A stretch of 25,421 bases of DNA from Methanobacteriota archaeon (GTDB lineage: Archaea > Thermoplasmatota > Poseidoniia > Poseidoniales > Poseidoniaceae). A model generated the notes under the pieces. That model made no database searches. It saw only the letters and a list, made by a program, of their open reading frames with translations, and had not been told where the DNA came from. Each line of letters opens with the position of its first letter. Position 1 is the first letter of the stretch. This document shows positions 8,718 through 17,097 of the stretch, in pieces. A program made the position numbers and the translations under genes. The stretch spans positions 1 to 25,421 of the forward strand of contig JABIGM010000043.1 of the NCBI GenBank assembly GCA_018650165.1, in the 5' to 3' direction.

Positions 8718-9416
8718 ATGAAGATTAGGGGGGAGGCGCTAGCAATACTCGGCCTTGCCGGTGCAAGTCTTACATTCTGGCTAGGCATGTCGTGGGCTCC
8801 ATCTGTGTCTATTGACGCTTTCAAAGCACCTGATGCTCAACGTATTTTCTATTGGCACGTCCCAAGTGCTTGGGCTGCAATGATTGCTTTTGGAATGCTC
8901 TTTGTTGGCTCTCTAGTCTGGTTTTTCAAGCGGAGCGAGTGGGCATGGAGACTGCATGTAGCTAGTAGTGAAGCGGGTCTAGCAACCGGACTGATGTGTG
9001 TTTGGTCAGGTTGTATTTGGGGTGCTGCCGAGTGGGGAGTCCCGTGGGATTGGACAGATATCAGGCTCAACACATTTGCAATACTAACACTCCTCTCGCT
9101 ATACCTTGTACTGGGTAGGCGTTCGCAACCTGATGGAATTGAAACTCGTGATACTTTTTCTGCATTTGGCATGTATGGTTTTGTTCTTGTTCCAGTAACC
9201 TACATTGCAACAAGGTTGTGGCAGATAAGGCACCCTGGGCCAGTTGTTGCTACTTCCGAAGGTTCGCTAAACTCCGATATGGGCACAGTTCTATTGATTG
9301 GAGCGATTTCATTCACCGTACTTATCATAGGCCATGTGATGGCAGGCATGCGGCTAACCAAATTAGAGATGCATCTCGAAGATTTGCAAAGCCGTTTTGA
9401 GGAGGAATCTCGATGA
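8718..9416 (+). CDS. ccmC: Heme exporter / cytochrome c biogenesis protein CcmC
   Basis: Both heme-ligand His motifs (IFYWHVPSAW, QIRHP) and the Trp-rich WWD motif (WGAAEWGVPWDWTDIRL) are present; about 6 TM segments. Confidence 0.92.
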   Translation: MKIRGEALAILGLAGASLTFWLGMSWAPSVSIDAFKAPDAQRIFYWHVPSAWAAMIAFGMLFVGSLVWFFKRSEWAWRLHVASSEAGLATGLMCVWSGCIWGAAEWGVPWDWTDIRLNTFAILTLLSLYLVLGRRSQPDGIETRDTFSAFGMYGFVLVPVTYIATRLWQIRHPGPVVATSEGSLNSDMGTVLLIGAISFTVLIIGHVMAGMRLTKLEMHLEDLQSRFEEESR

Positions 9417-9562
9417 GTGGTCAAACCTATCTAATCGCTGCATACCTCGGCATGATAGGTGCTCTTTCGCTTTGGACTTGGACTGTGTTTGCACGCTCCA
9501 AAACTCTAGAAGCAAAAATTGCTTCATTGGAGAAGGCTTTAGGCAAAGAGGAATCCGAGTAA
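9413..9562 (+). CDS. ccmD: CcmD-like small membrane protein, 49 aa (MSGQTYLIAAYLGMIGALSLWTWTVFARSKTLEAKIASLEKALGKEESE)
   Basis: Below the ORF-track length cutoff. ATGA overlap with the ccmC stop. N-terminal Y-x4-Y single TM helix followed by a charged coiled-coil-like tail, the typical CcmD layout and position. Confidence 0.8.
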   Translation: MSGQTYLIAAYLGMIGALSLWTWTVFARSKTLEAKIASLEKALGKEESE

Positions 9563-9580
9563 TCCAAAGGCAGTGATTGT

Positions 9581-10636
9581 ATGGACCTCGGCGGTGATTT
9601 TTGTTTAGTATGCGGGGCAGAACCGCCGCTATTTAGAGATCGTATGTGTGAAAAGTGTACTCGTGATAGGGTAACTTTGGTTAAAGTCCCCAAAAATGTT
9701 CCTTGGACTCGATGTGCACGGTGTGGTATTGTCGATTTCAAAGGCAAGTGGAGCAATGTAGAACCTGAGGATTTGTGGCATGAATTAATCCAAAGAAATG
9801 TACAATTCCATCCAGAAATTGAAGACCTAGAATTGGGCATTATACCCCAAGAGGTAGATGGAAGGCACACCCTAATCCACCTCGATATTGAAGGAGTAAT
9901 TGACGATTTATTGTATAATGAAAAACATACTATGAGAGCACGTATGTCAAATGGAGTTTGCCTTACTTGTACACGCAGGGCGGGTAATTATTTCGAAGCT
10001 ACTGTTCAACTTCGTTCAAGTGCCCGCAGATTATCAGAGCAGGAATTTCAAACCCTTAGGAAAACCCTAGACCAAGTTATGGCAGATATGCCGGAAGACC
10101 CTATGTTCTTCATTACAAGTGAAGGTCCTGTAACTGGAGGATACGATGTTGTTCTTGGCTCGAAAGCACTCGCTAGAGCATGGGGCAGAAGCCTAATCGC
10201 TTCACACGGAGGCATCGTAACTACCACCACTTCCGTCGTTGGAAGAAAGGATGGTTTAGATGTAACTCGCCTAACTCTTCTCTACCGAAAACCAGGGTAC
10301 AATCTTGGAGATGTCATCCGATGGAGAGGATCGCTTTGGCGACCTGCATCTTGGACCGGAGAGGGAGTTATACTCGAAAAGATTGAGCGAAGAGAGCGCA
10401 CAGGTGCATCATGGCGCGACCTTGAAAATTCTAATGTCGTATCTCGAAAGAAAGATTTCATAAAAATTGGTGCAATTAGTGAAGATTCTTCAGCCGCTGA
10501 ATTTTTGGACCCCAACACTTGGAAGATGGTCGCTGTCAGATTACCGTTTGAACATGAGGCTGGAAGGGACCTATTGTTGGCAAGAATTGATGACGAATGG
10601 ATATGCCTGCCGCAATTAGGGATGGATGGTGAGTGA
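9581..10636 (+). CDS. nmd3: NMD3 family ribosome biogenesis protein
   Basis: Four CxxC pairs (CLVC, CEKC, CARC, CLTC) and the conserved C-x2-C-x-R-x3-NYFEATVQLR segment. SD-like GTGAT at 9573-9577. Confidence 0.9.
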   Translation: MDLGGDFCLVCGAEPPLFRDRMCEKCTRDRVTLVKVPKNVPWTRCARCGIVDFKGKWSNVEPEDLWHELIQRNVQFHPEIEDLELGIIPQEVDGRHTLIHLDIEGVIDDLLYNEKHTMRARMSNGVCLTCTRRAGNYFEATVQLRSSARRLSEQEFQTLRKTLDQVMADMPEDPMFFITSEGPVTGGYDVVLGSKALARAWGRSLIASHGGIVTTTTSVVGRKDGLDVTRLTLLYRKPGYNLGDVIRWRGSLWRPASWTGEGVILEKIERRERTGASWRDLENSNVVSRKKDFIKIGAISEDSSAAEFLDPNTWKMVAVRLPFEHEAGRDLLLARIDDEWICLPQLGMDGE

Positions 10637-11711
10637 GTTGGAAGAAGGTATAATTCGCCTAGCAACTGCTCTTGATAGCCAAGATCAGATTGGCTTAACC
10701 CGTTCTTTTGTTTCTGACATTAAGGCCGGACGTGAAAGTGTCACTCGTGAATTGCTTCCTTGGCTAACCGATATTGACAGAGGTTGGGCTGGTGTACTTT
10801 TCATTGGAATGGGGGGCTCTGCCGCTGGTGGAGATTTCGTTTCAGAATTATGTAATCTAAATGGTGCTGTTCCAGTTAAGTGCCATCGTGATTATGATTT
10901 ACCACATTGGTGGACCCCAGACTGGCTTGTTGTAGCAACATCCTACTCGGGAAATACCGAGGAAACTCTGTCTGTTTGTGAGCAAGCAATGCACCAAGGA
11001 GCTACAATAATTGTAATTTCAAGTGGTGGAATTCTTTCGGGAATGTGTGAACTTTCGGATTCAATGTACCTGATTTCTTGCCCTGCAGGGCAGCCTCCAC
11101 GTACTGCTTTTGGACATATATTTTCACGTCAATTGTCTTTACTTGTAGAAATTGGAATCTTACAAACTGAGATTTCAGATGATGCGTTATCTCGACTACA
11201 GGAAGCTGTTGAAGATTGTGATATAATCTCCAACCCTGAAGGAGATGTTGCAAGTCTTGCATTGAATATGCTGGAAAACCCAATCGCAATTCTTGGTCCG
11301 AGTGAATTACTTCCTGCAATATCTCGTTTCAAGAATCAACTGAATGAAAATTCTGCTCGTTTCGCTAGAATTGGCGCATTCCCCGAAATCAGTCACAATG
11401 AATCGGTTGCTTGGGGTGGTGTTGGTGAGTACCAAGACCAAGATGCTGAAATTCAAGCCCTGATTTTGCTATCATGGAACAAGATGCATCCTAGAGTTAT
11501 TCAGCGAATGGATTGGTTTGTTTCCAATTGTCCAACCGAACTGGCATGGAGAATAAATGGTGAAGGTGAAACTTTACTCGAAAGTCTACTTCACCTTTGC
11601 ATTATGATGGACTGGTTGTCTATTGCCCTAGCATTATTACACGGTAAAGATCCTTCAGCAATCGAGCCTATCTTATCGCTCAAGGAATACCTGTCCCAAA
11701 TAAATCAATAA
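10626..11711 (+). CDS. Bifunctional phosphoglucose/phosphomannose isomerase (SIS domain, archaeal PGI/PMI family)
   Basis: Motifs IGMGGSA, SYSGNTEETL, GQPPRTA, RFKNQLNENS, FPEISHNE. The start overlaps the nmd3 end (ATG 10626 or GTG 10629). Confidence 0.9.
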   Translation: MVSELEEGIIRLATALDSQDQIGLTRSFVSDIKAGRESVTRELLPWLTDIDRGWAGVLFIGMGGSAAGGDFVSELCNLNGAVPVKCHRDYDLPHWWTPDWLVVATSYSGNTEETLSVCEQAMHQGATIIVISSGGILSGMCELSDSMYLISCPAGQPPRTAFGHIFSRQLSLLVEIGILQTEISDDALSRLQEAVEDCDIISNPEGDVASLALNMLENPIAILGPSELLPAISRFKNQLNENSARFARIGAFPEISHNESVAWGGVGEYQDQDAEIQALILLSWNKMHPRVIQRMDWFVSNCPTELAWRINGEGETLLESLLHLCIMMDWLSIALALLHGKDPSAIEPILSLKEYLSQINQ

Positions 11712-12268
11712 ATTGGGCCAAGAACAATTCGTGGGTCGGGGTATTTTTCTAATGCCCATTCTCTATCATCGCGAGATACTACACCCGGCATATCATTTTC
11801 CAATGGCTCTTCCCAAGACAATTGAAAGTGGAGATGTGGCGCCCATCCACCATTGACACTTTTGTCACCCACAGTTGCAATTATTTGCCCTTCTTCAACA
11901 GCTTTTCCAACTTCTACCATTTCCAATGATTCCATTGAGAGATGGCCATAGAGTGCCCAAATCGGTCGCCCATCATATTCATGCTGAATGATGATTGTAG
12001 GTCCGTAAGACCCGTCTTCATCATTGACTCCGAGTGAATGAATAATACCTGCCCCAAAGGCATGTATCGGCTCACCTACTGGTGCACCAATGTCTATACC
12101 GATATGTAAATCACGGACACCATCAAAGATTTCTTGAGTATACATCCCAGGCCTAACTTCATCATAGCGTCCGATTTGATATGGGAATGGGCACTCAAAA
12201 TTAGGGTCTTCTCCCCGAGTGAAATCAAATACCCAATAGTCCTCTGGGAGTATGATGACTTCTGCCAT
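11705..12268 (-). CDS. M23 family metallopeptidase, no evident signal peptide
   Basis: Zn ligands HxxxD (HIGID) and HxH (PHLHFQ), plus LYGHL. The stop overlaps the convergent PGI/PMI stop (11705-11711). Confidence 0.88.
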   Translation of the reverse strand: MAEVIILPEDYWVFDFTRGEDPNFECPFPYQIGRYDEVRPGMYTQEIFDGVRDLHIGIDIGAPVGEPIHAFGAGIIHSLGVNDEDGSYGPTIIIQHEYDGRPIWALYGHLSMESLEMVEVGKAVEEGQIIATVGDKSVNGGWAPHLHFQLSWEEPLENDMPGVVSRDDREWALEKYPDPRIVLGPIY

Positions 12269-12313
12269 GATGTTACCGAACTGGCTCTAACTCATCATCC
12301 TTCGCAAATAGGT

Positions 12314-12319
12314 TTGAAG
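12314..12319 (+). promoter_or_regulatory. Putative TATA-like TTGAAG (AGGT-TTGAAG) for the GT-C-like gene
   Basis: At -29..-24 from ATG 12343. Confidence 0.5.
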
Positions 12320-12342
12320 GCTGAATTGGAATCCCGAGTGCA

Positions 12343-14376
12343 ATGTCCCTAGGATTAGAAGTCGCATTCTTACCGGGGATTGCTATTGCAAGACGTTTGG
12401 ATTCCGATGGTGATTGGAAAAGACATTTGATGTTTACACCGGCCTTTGGCTTACTTGTTTGCTTGGGATTATCAGGATTATGTTTTGTTCTCGGCTGGAA
12501 TCTAAATTCGCTAACGACACTACTTGTCTTGGCCAATATTATTGCACTTATTTCTATGAGAGTTGAACTTAACCCGGTATATGATGTGAAAATTATTCAA
12601 CGTTCACCATGGTTTTGGATTTTCACCTTAATCGCTTGTTACATCGCAATCATTCCACTAACCTATGGATTACCAATGGGGGTCGATTGGGTTGGATTTT
12701 CTGCATTAGCCGATTCCATTAGCCGTACCGGAGGATTCAATCTCGAAGACCCATCGATTGGACAATGGATCTATCCACCTGCTTTCCCAATGTTTGCAGC
12801 ATGGCTAGGAGGTGCCCCCCAGGTTGCCGTATTTTTACTTGGAACTGGGTGCTTTGTAGCATTGCTACTGGGTATTGCAGCTATTGGTGACAAAATGGGA
12901 TGTGGCCATTGGACGATAATGGCAATGCTGATGGCGCCTGCGTTATTTGCAAAAAACCTAGATTCAGGCTATCCCACAGTTGCAAGCCAATTGGGCTTGG
13001 TTGTGATTCTTACTATGTTTTCTTCAAAATTGCGATGGGAATTAGTAGCTTTAACTACCCTAGTTGTTGCTATGATTCACCCTACTGGTCTCATCTATCT
13101 TACTACTTTAATCGCCGCTAAAATCTTGGCTGACAAGGGTGGTACACTAACACTAGCCGATAAAGTTCAATCCAGTATCCTAATTGCTTCAATAATTTTT
13201 GCCATTCTAATCATCTCTCCAGCATTCGATGGCACTGCTGTATTCGCCGAATATGGATGGCAGGGTGGAGCTCCATTGGCAATGTATGCGGGGCTGTTAT
13301 TGCCTCTTGGACTATGGTCGGCATGGACACTTCGCAATGATAAAACCGCACGTGTTCTAATTTTATGGCTAGGAATCAATTGGGTATTATCATCAATCCA
13401 TTTATTCGATGGATTGGAAGGGGTCACATTGCTTTCAATGATGTCCTATGCTCTGTATTCAATGAGTATGCATGCATTCCATATCCCGCTTGCAGTCTTG
13501 GTAGGAATGCGATTATCTCGTCTTGAAGGGGGGATTTCATCCGACGGTGGCAGGGCTGCAATGATTGTGACATTGCTACTTTGTGGTGTGGCAAATAGTG
13601 CACTTGTAGATCTTGCTCAGCATGATCAATTGCACGTATCATCGACTGGAGATGCCACTCTATTCGATATGCTTGATGCCTTACCAGACGATTCTATTGT
13701 TTATACTGAAAATGAGCACTGGGGTCATATCTATTCAGTTCCAGAGCATATTGGCGTAACTTCGGTTCCCACGCTGGGCATTCTCAAACAAGAACATTCG
13801 ATACAAAATGCTGCAACGACTGCAATAGCATATGATGACATTGCAAGATTGCAAGACTTGGGTATAACCCATGCGCTTGCATCGCCTAAAGGAATAATGA
13901 TGCAATATATCCAAGCATCAACTCATTGGGAAAAAATGTGGTCAAGTGGGGCTTCAACCCTGTATATTCTCCAAGATGATGGATTGATTTCTGATTTCCA
14001 GCCAGTTATCGGAGATAATATGCGCCCTGACCCTTGGGCATCGCAGCGAAACTATGACCCATTCAACCTCGGCAAGGATAGATTGTACTTGACTGAAGGT
14101 TCGCACAGTTTTGCTGTTAGTGAAGAGGGCGCTTATCAAATATGTGTGATGGTGGAATTTGTTGGAAATGTTGATGCTGAAATCAATGGGGAATTATACC
14201 AAGGTTCAGGATGGTACAATGCTTGTTCGTATGCTGGTTATGGTGGTATCGGAATTAGTGTATTAAGTGACTCAGAATATTGGATTAATCCACTAGGCGC
14301 ATCAGGCCGTGGCGACTTGTTTATCGATCAAACTGGAATAAGGGTACATTGGATAGAAACCATCTCATTCGCTTAA
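12343..14376 (+). CDS. Polytopic membrane protein (677 aa), probable GT-C fold glycosyltransferase
   Basis: About 12 or more hydrophobic helices followed by a soluble C-terminal domain. An early loop carries PMGVDW and YPPAFP, resembling the first external loop of lipid-phosphate-sugar-dependent GT-C enzymes. Adjacent to a GT2. Ends in a triple stop TAATAATAA (14374-14382). The CDS is certain; the function is inferred. Confidence 0.55.
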   Translation: MSLGLEVAFLPGIAIARRLDSDGDWKRHLMFTPAFGLLVCLGLSGLCFVLGWNLNSLTTLLVLANIIALISMRVELNPVYDVKIIQRSPWFWIFTLIACYIAIIPLTYGLPMGVDWVGFSALADSISRTGGFNLEDPSIGQWIYPPAFPMFAAWLGGAPQVAVFLLGTGCFVALLLGIAAIGDKMGCGHWTIMAMLMAPALFAKNLDSGYPTVASQLGLVVILTMFSSKLRWELVALTTLVVAMIHPTGLIYLTTLIAAKILADKGGTLTLADKVQSSILIASIIFAILIISPAFDGTAVFAEYGWQGGAPLAMYAGLLLPLGLWSAWTLRNDKTARVLILWLGINWVLSSIHLFDGLEGVTLLSMMSYALYSMSMHAFHIPLAVLVGMRLSRLEGGISSDGGRAAMIVTLLLCGVANSALVDLAQHDQLHVSSTGDATLFDMLDALPDDSIVYTENEHWGHIYSVPEHIGVTSVPTLGILKQEHSIQNAATTAIAYDDIARLQDLGITHALASPKGIMMQYIQASTHWEKMWSSGASTLYILQDDGLISDFQPVIGDNMRPDPWASQRNYDPFNLGKDRLYLTEGSHSFAVSEEGAYQICVMVEFVGNVDAEINGELYQGSGWYNACSYAGYGGIGISVLSDSEYWINPLGASGRGDLFIDQTGIRVHWIETISFA

Positions 14377-14391
14377 TAATAAGCGAAAGGC

Positions 14392-14397
14392 TTGACT
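14392..14397 (+). promoter_or_regulatory. Putative TATA-like TTGACT (AAAGGC-TTGACT) for GT2-asd
   Basis: At -29..-24 from GTG 14421. Position 5 deviates from the consensus. Confidence 0.4.
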
Positions 14398-14420
14398 GTG
14401 AAGCCATCGCCCCATAAAAT

Positions 14421-15128
14421 GTGCCAAGTCTATTCATTATGCTACCAACACTCGATGAAGAGTTGGGTTTAGCCGATGTTTATGCCAGAATTCCATTTGA
14501 AGAATTGAAGCTAATGGGATATTCGACAAAGGTTGTTGTTGTGGATGGCGGTTCCAAGGATAATACTGTTGAACTTGCAAAAGAATTGGGTTGTACGGTT
14601 ATTCCACAATGGGGTAAAGGTAAGGGCGCAGGTATTCGTCAAGCATTCAAACGATTCATTGAGGATGGTGATGATGTATTGGTAATGCTAGACTCTGATG
14701 GTACTTACTATCCTGAAGAGATTCCTAAACTTGTGTCAGCATTACCAGAATCTGGTATCGTGATTGGTGACCGATTACATGGCACCCTCGAACCAGATGC
14801 TATGACTGGAATAAATTGGATCGGAAATCATCTCCTAACTTGGCTTGCAGTCGCTCTATACGGCAAACAAATCAACGATTTATGTTCAGGATTTTGGGTT
14901 TTTTCAAATTATGCTGTGAAGAATTTACGGCTCAATAGTATGCGTTTTGAAATCGAAGCTGAAATGTATACATCATGTGTACATCAAAATATTTCGATTC
15001 GACATATTCCTATTCGTTATGCCAAAAGAGTAGGGGATGCTAAACTAGGTAGCATCAAAGACGGGACCTCAATCGCAAGGAAACTCATCATAAGGAGAAT
15101 CTTCCTCACGCCTCATGAGGAGAACTGA
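14421..15128 (+). CDS. GT2 family glycosyltransferase, DPM1-like (polyprenol-phosphate sugar synthase)
   Basis: Motifs PTLDEE, VVVDGGSKDNT, GKGAGIR, the DxD motif LDSDGTY, DLCSGF, RFEIEAE and YAKRVGDAKL. GTG start. Confidence 0.88.
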   Translation: MPSLFIMLPTLDEELGLADVYARIPFEELKLMGYSTKVVVVDGGSKDNTVELAKELGCTVIPQWGKGKGAGIRQAFKRFIEDGDDVLVMLDSDGTYYPEEIPKLVSALPESGIVIGDRLHGTLEPDAMTGINWIGNHLLTWLAVALYGKQINDLCSGFWVFSNYAVKNLRLNSMRFEIEAEMYTSCVHQNISIRHIPIRYAKRVGDAKLGSIKDGTSIARKLIIRRIFLTPHEEN

Positions 15129-16090
15129 TGGCCCGGTACAGTGTTGCAATTCTTGGTGCGAGCGGCCTAGTTAGTCAGCGCCTACAAGAATTGCTTTACG
15201 ACCACCCATTTTTCGAGGTTGTTGCGATTGCAAGTTCACCTAAAAATGTGGGATTGCTTTACGAAGAAATCGAGTGGAGGTTAGAGTCTCCGCGGCCATA
15301 TTATGACATTCTTCTTTGTTCGATGAGCGACATTCCGGATGTAGATATCGCATTCTCGGCTCTACCCAACAATGTCGCTGAAATTGTAGAGCCGTCCCTT
15401 GTTGCACGAGGCATCCATGTATTCTCCAATGCAAGTGTATTTCGAAGAGTCGCTGGCATCCCATTAGTAATTCCTGAAATAAATCCTGAAGCAATGGTTT
15501 CCTATGAAGGACATGCTTGCGCAACTAATTGTACTGTAGTACCAGTGGCTATGCCTATTAAGGGATTAATGCCACTAGGAATAAAATCGGTTTCAATACA
15601 CACTCGTCAGGCGTTGTCAGGTGCTGGCTGGAGATTACTTTTCGATGAATCAGCATTATCAGGGGATGTCAACCCATTTATTCCAGGTGAAGAAGAAAAA
15701 TTGGTTGCTGAATTAAAGCACCTCTTAAATCTAGAAATTCCAGTATTTGCATCATGCAATAGAGTTCCTCACAAGGATGGCCACTTTGTATCATGTGGGG
15801 TTGAAGTTAGTCGAGACACTGATATTGAGGAAGTTATTCGTTTGATGGCGATTCCAAGCCTAGATTTACCGTCTTCACCAAGAGAAGTCAATTCTATTAT
15901 TGATGAATCGCCAAATCGGGCAGATCACCTCTGGGCGGGCAATGGAATGACAACTACGATTGGAAATGTACAAGTTGAAGGAAATGTCATTAGATTTGAT
16001 GCTCTATCCCATAATACAGTTCGAGGAGCAGCGGGTGGAGTCATATTATTGGCAGAATTTGCAGTTCAAGAATCCTATATCACCAAATAG
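15128..16090 (+). CDS. asd: Aspartate-semialdehyde dehydrogenase (archaeal/fungal type)
   Basis: Rossmann motif ILGASGLV, FSALP, FSNAS, PEINP, catalytic Cys in TNCT, QALSGAG, CNRVP..DGH and SHNTVRGAAG. TGATG overlap with the GT2 stop. Confidence 0.92.
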   Translation: MARYSVAILGASGLVSQRLQELLYDHPFFEVVAIASSPKNVGLLYEEIEWRLESPRPYYDILLCSMSDIPDVDIAFSALPNNVAEIVEPSLVARGIHVFSNASVFRRVAGIPLVIPEINPEAMVSYEGHACATNCTVVPVAMPIKGLMPLGIKSVSIHTRQALSGAGWRLLFDESALSGDVNPFIPGEEEKLVAELKHLLNLEIPVFASCNRVPHKDGHFVSCGVEVSRDTDIEEVIRLMAIPSLDLPSSPREVNSIIDESPNRADHLWAGNGMTTTIGNVQVEGNVIRFDALSHNTVRGAAGGVILLAEFAVQESYITK

Positions 16091-16111
16091 TCAACCTCTC
16101 TTCGCTAGCAT

Positions 16112-16117
16112 GGTGAT
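16112..16117 (+). promoter_or_regulatory. Archaeal Shine-Dalgarno GGTGAT (similar sites at 9573-9577, 17306-17311, 19351-19356)
   Basis: Matches the archaeal SD consensus GGAGGTGAT, 3-5 nt before the start codons of operon-internal genes. Confidence 0.65.
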
Positions 16118-16120
16118 TGT

Positions 16121-17059
16121 ATGGGCGTCACGGCAATGATTCCGAATATGACTTTCCTTCAAATGAAAGATGAGGCGAATTCTCGATGGGGAGAAATATG
16201 GGATGGAGAGGCTGCGCGACTCAATATTATGCTTCTTTGTCCGCGTAAAGAACGTAAATTATTGGAGTTACATGGTGACATGATAGATCATGGTCAGCCA
16301 GTAATGGGTATATTCCATAGACCTCGGGCTGAAGCGGATTTAATCAGCGAGCAGGGTTTCGACCCTCGCTCAGCATCATTCCAATTCCTAAATATTTCAA
16401 ATGCAGACATGGGCCCTTGGATGCAACAATTAGTTACTCAAGAAGGATGGCTACGCAGTACAATTGAACTGGCGCCAGTCCCATTTGCAATGGACATTCC
16501 AAACCAAAGACCATTCGAAAGACATTCAATCCTTTGCTTTCGGCACCCTAGTCTTCCAGCACTCGGAAAATACTTCTTGCCTTATCCAGTTAGTGCATTA
16601 GTCGGTAAAGCATTCGTGTCACTACCTCGAAAACAAGCTGCTGAACTTGCTAGACAGCAGGCTGAAATCCTAGGCGTCGGCCTAGCAAAACCAGAACCTG
16701 AAATTGTTGAAGTTCCAGTGGTTGAAAAGGTGGTAGAAGTAGAGCAAGTTCCACTTGCCGTCGAAGATGTATTCGTTTCAGAAATGGCACCTGAGGCTGC
16801 TCCTGAGATTGTATCTCCACCAATTACAGAAACTGCCGAAGTACCTGACGAAGGAAGTATTCCTCTCCCAAAGGGTACTCCCGAAATGGATAATTCTTCA
16901 CCGATAGAAAGAGAATTCCGTGGTTTAATTAAGGAACTTCTTGATGCAGGTGTTGACCCATCTGATATGATGACAGACCCACGGTTGGAAGAAATATCTG
17001 AAAGGGCTCTAGCACAGAATTTCGAAACCTGGCCAGTATTCATGCAGATGGTTGGTTGA
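16121..17059 (+). CDS. Hypothetical protein (312 aa): globular N-domain, acidic Pro/Val/Glu-rich linker, small helical C-domain
   Basis: Long ORF filling the gap between asd and the next gene, with a clear GGTGAT SD at 16112-16117. No family recognised. Confidence 0.8.
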   Translation: MGVTAMIPNMTFLQMKDEANSRWGEIWDGEAARLNIMLLCPRKERKLLELHGDMIDHGQPVMGIFHRPRAEADLISEQGFDPRSASFQFLNISNADMGPWMQQLVTQEGWLRSTIELAPVPFAMDIPNQRPFERHSILCFRHPSLPALGKYFLPYPVSALVGKAFVSLPRKQAAELARQQAEILGVGLAKPEPEIVEVPVVEKVVEVEQVPLAVEDVFVSEMAPEAAPEIVSPPITETAEVPDEGSIPLPKGTPEMDNSSPIEREFRGLIKELLDAGVDPSDMMTDPRLEEISERALAQNFETWPVFMQMVG

Positions 17060-17068
17060 ATGCGAGGG

Positions 17069-17074
17069 TTCAAG
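17069..17074 (+). promoter_or_regulatory. Putative TATA-like TTCAAG (GAGGG-TTCAAG) for the Zn-ribbon and METTL5 genes
   Basis: At -29..-24 from ATG 17098. Confidence 0.5.
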
Positions 17075-17097
17075 GACAAGTTTGGAGTGGGAGAGAT

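Noticed and set aside
12265-12325. Possible C/D-box sRNA (ATGATGT ... CTGA), and a TTGATGA on the minus strand near 22739-22745
   Set aside because: The boxes are imperfect, there is no convincing C'/D' pair or terminal stem, and the sequences coincide with start codons and promoter-like elements.
15128-16090. Malonyl-CoA or succinyl-CoA reductase (Asd paralogs of the 3HP/4HB cycle)
   Set aside because: Motifs fit ordinary archaeal Asd and there is no carbon-fixation context in the window. Only a phylogeny could exclude it completely.
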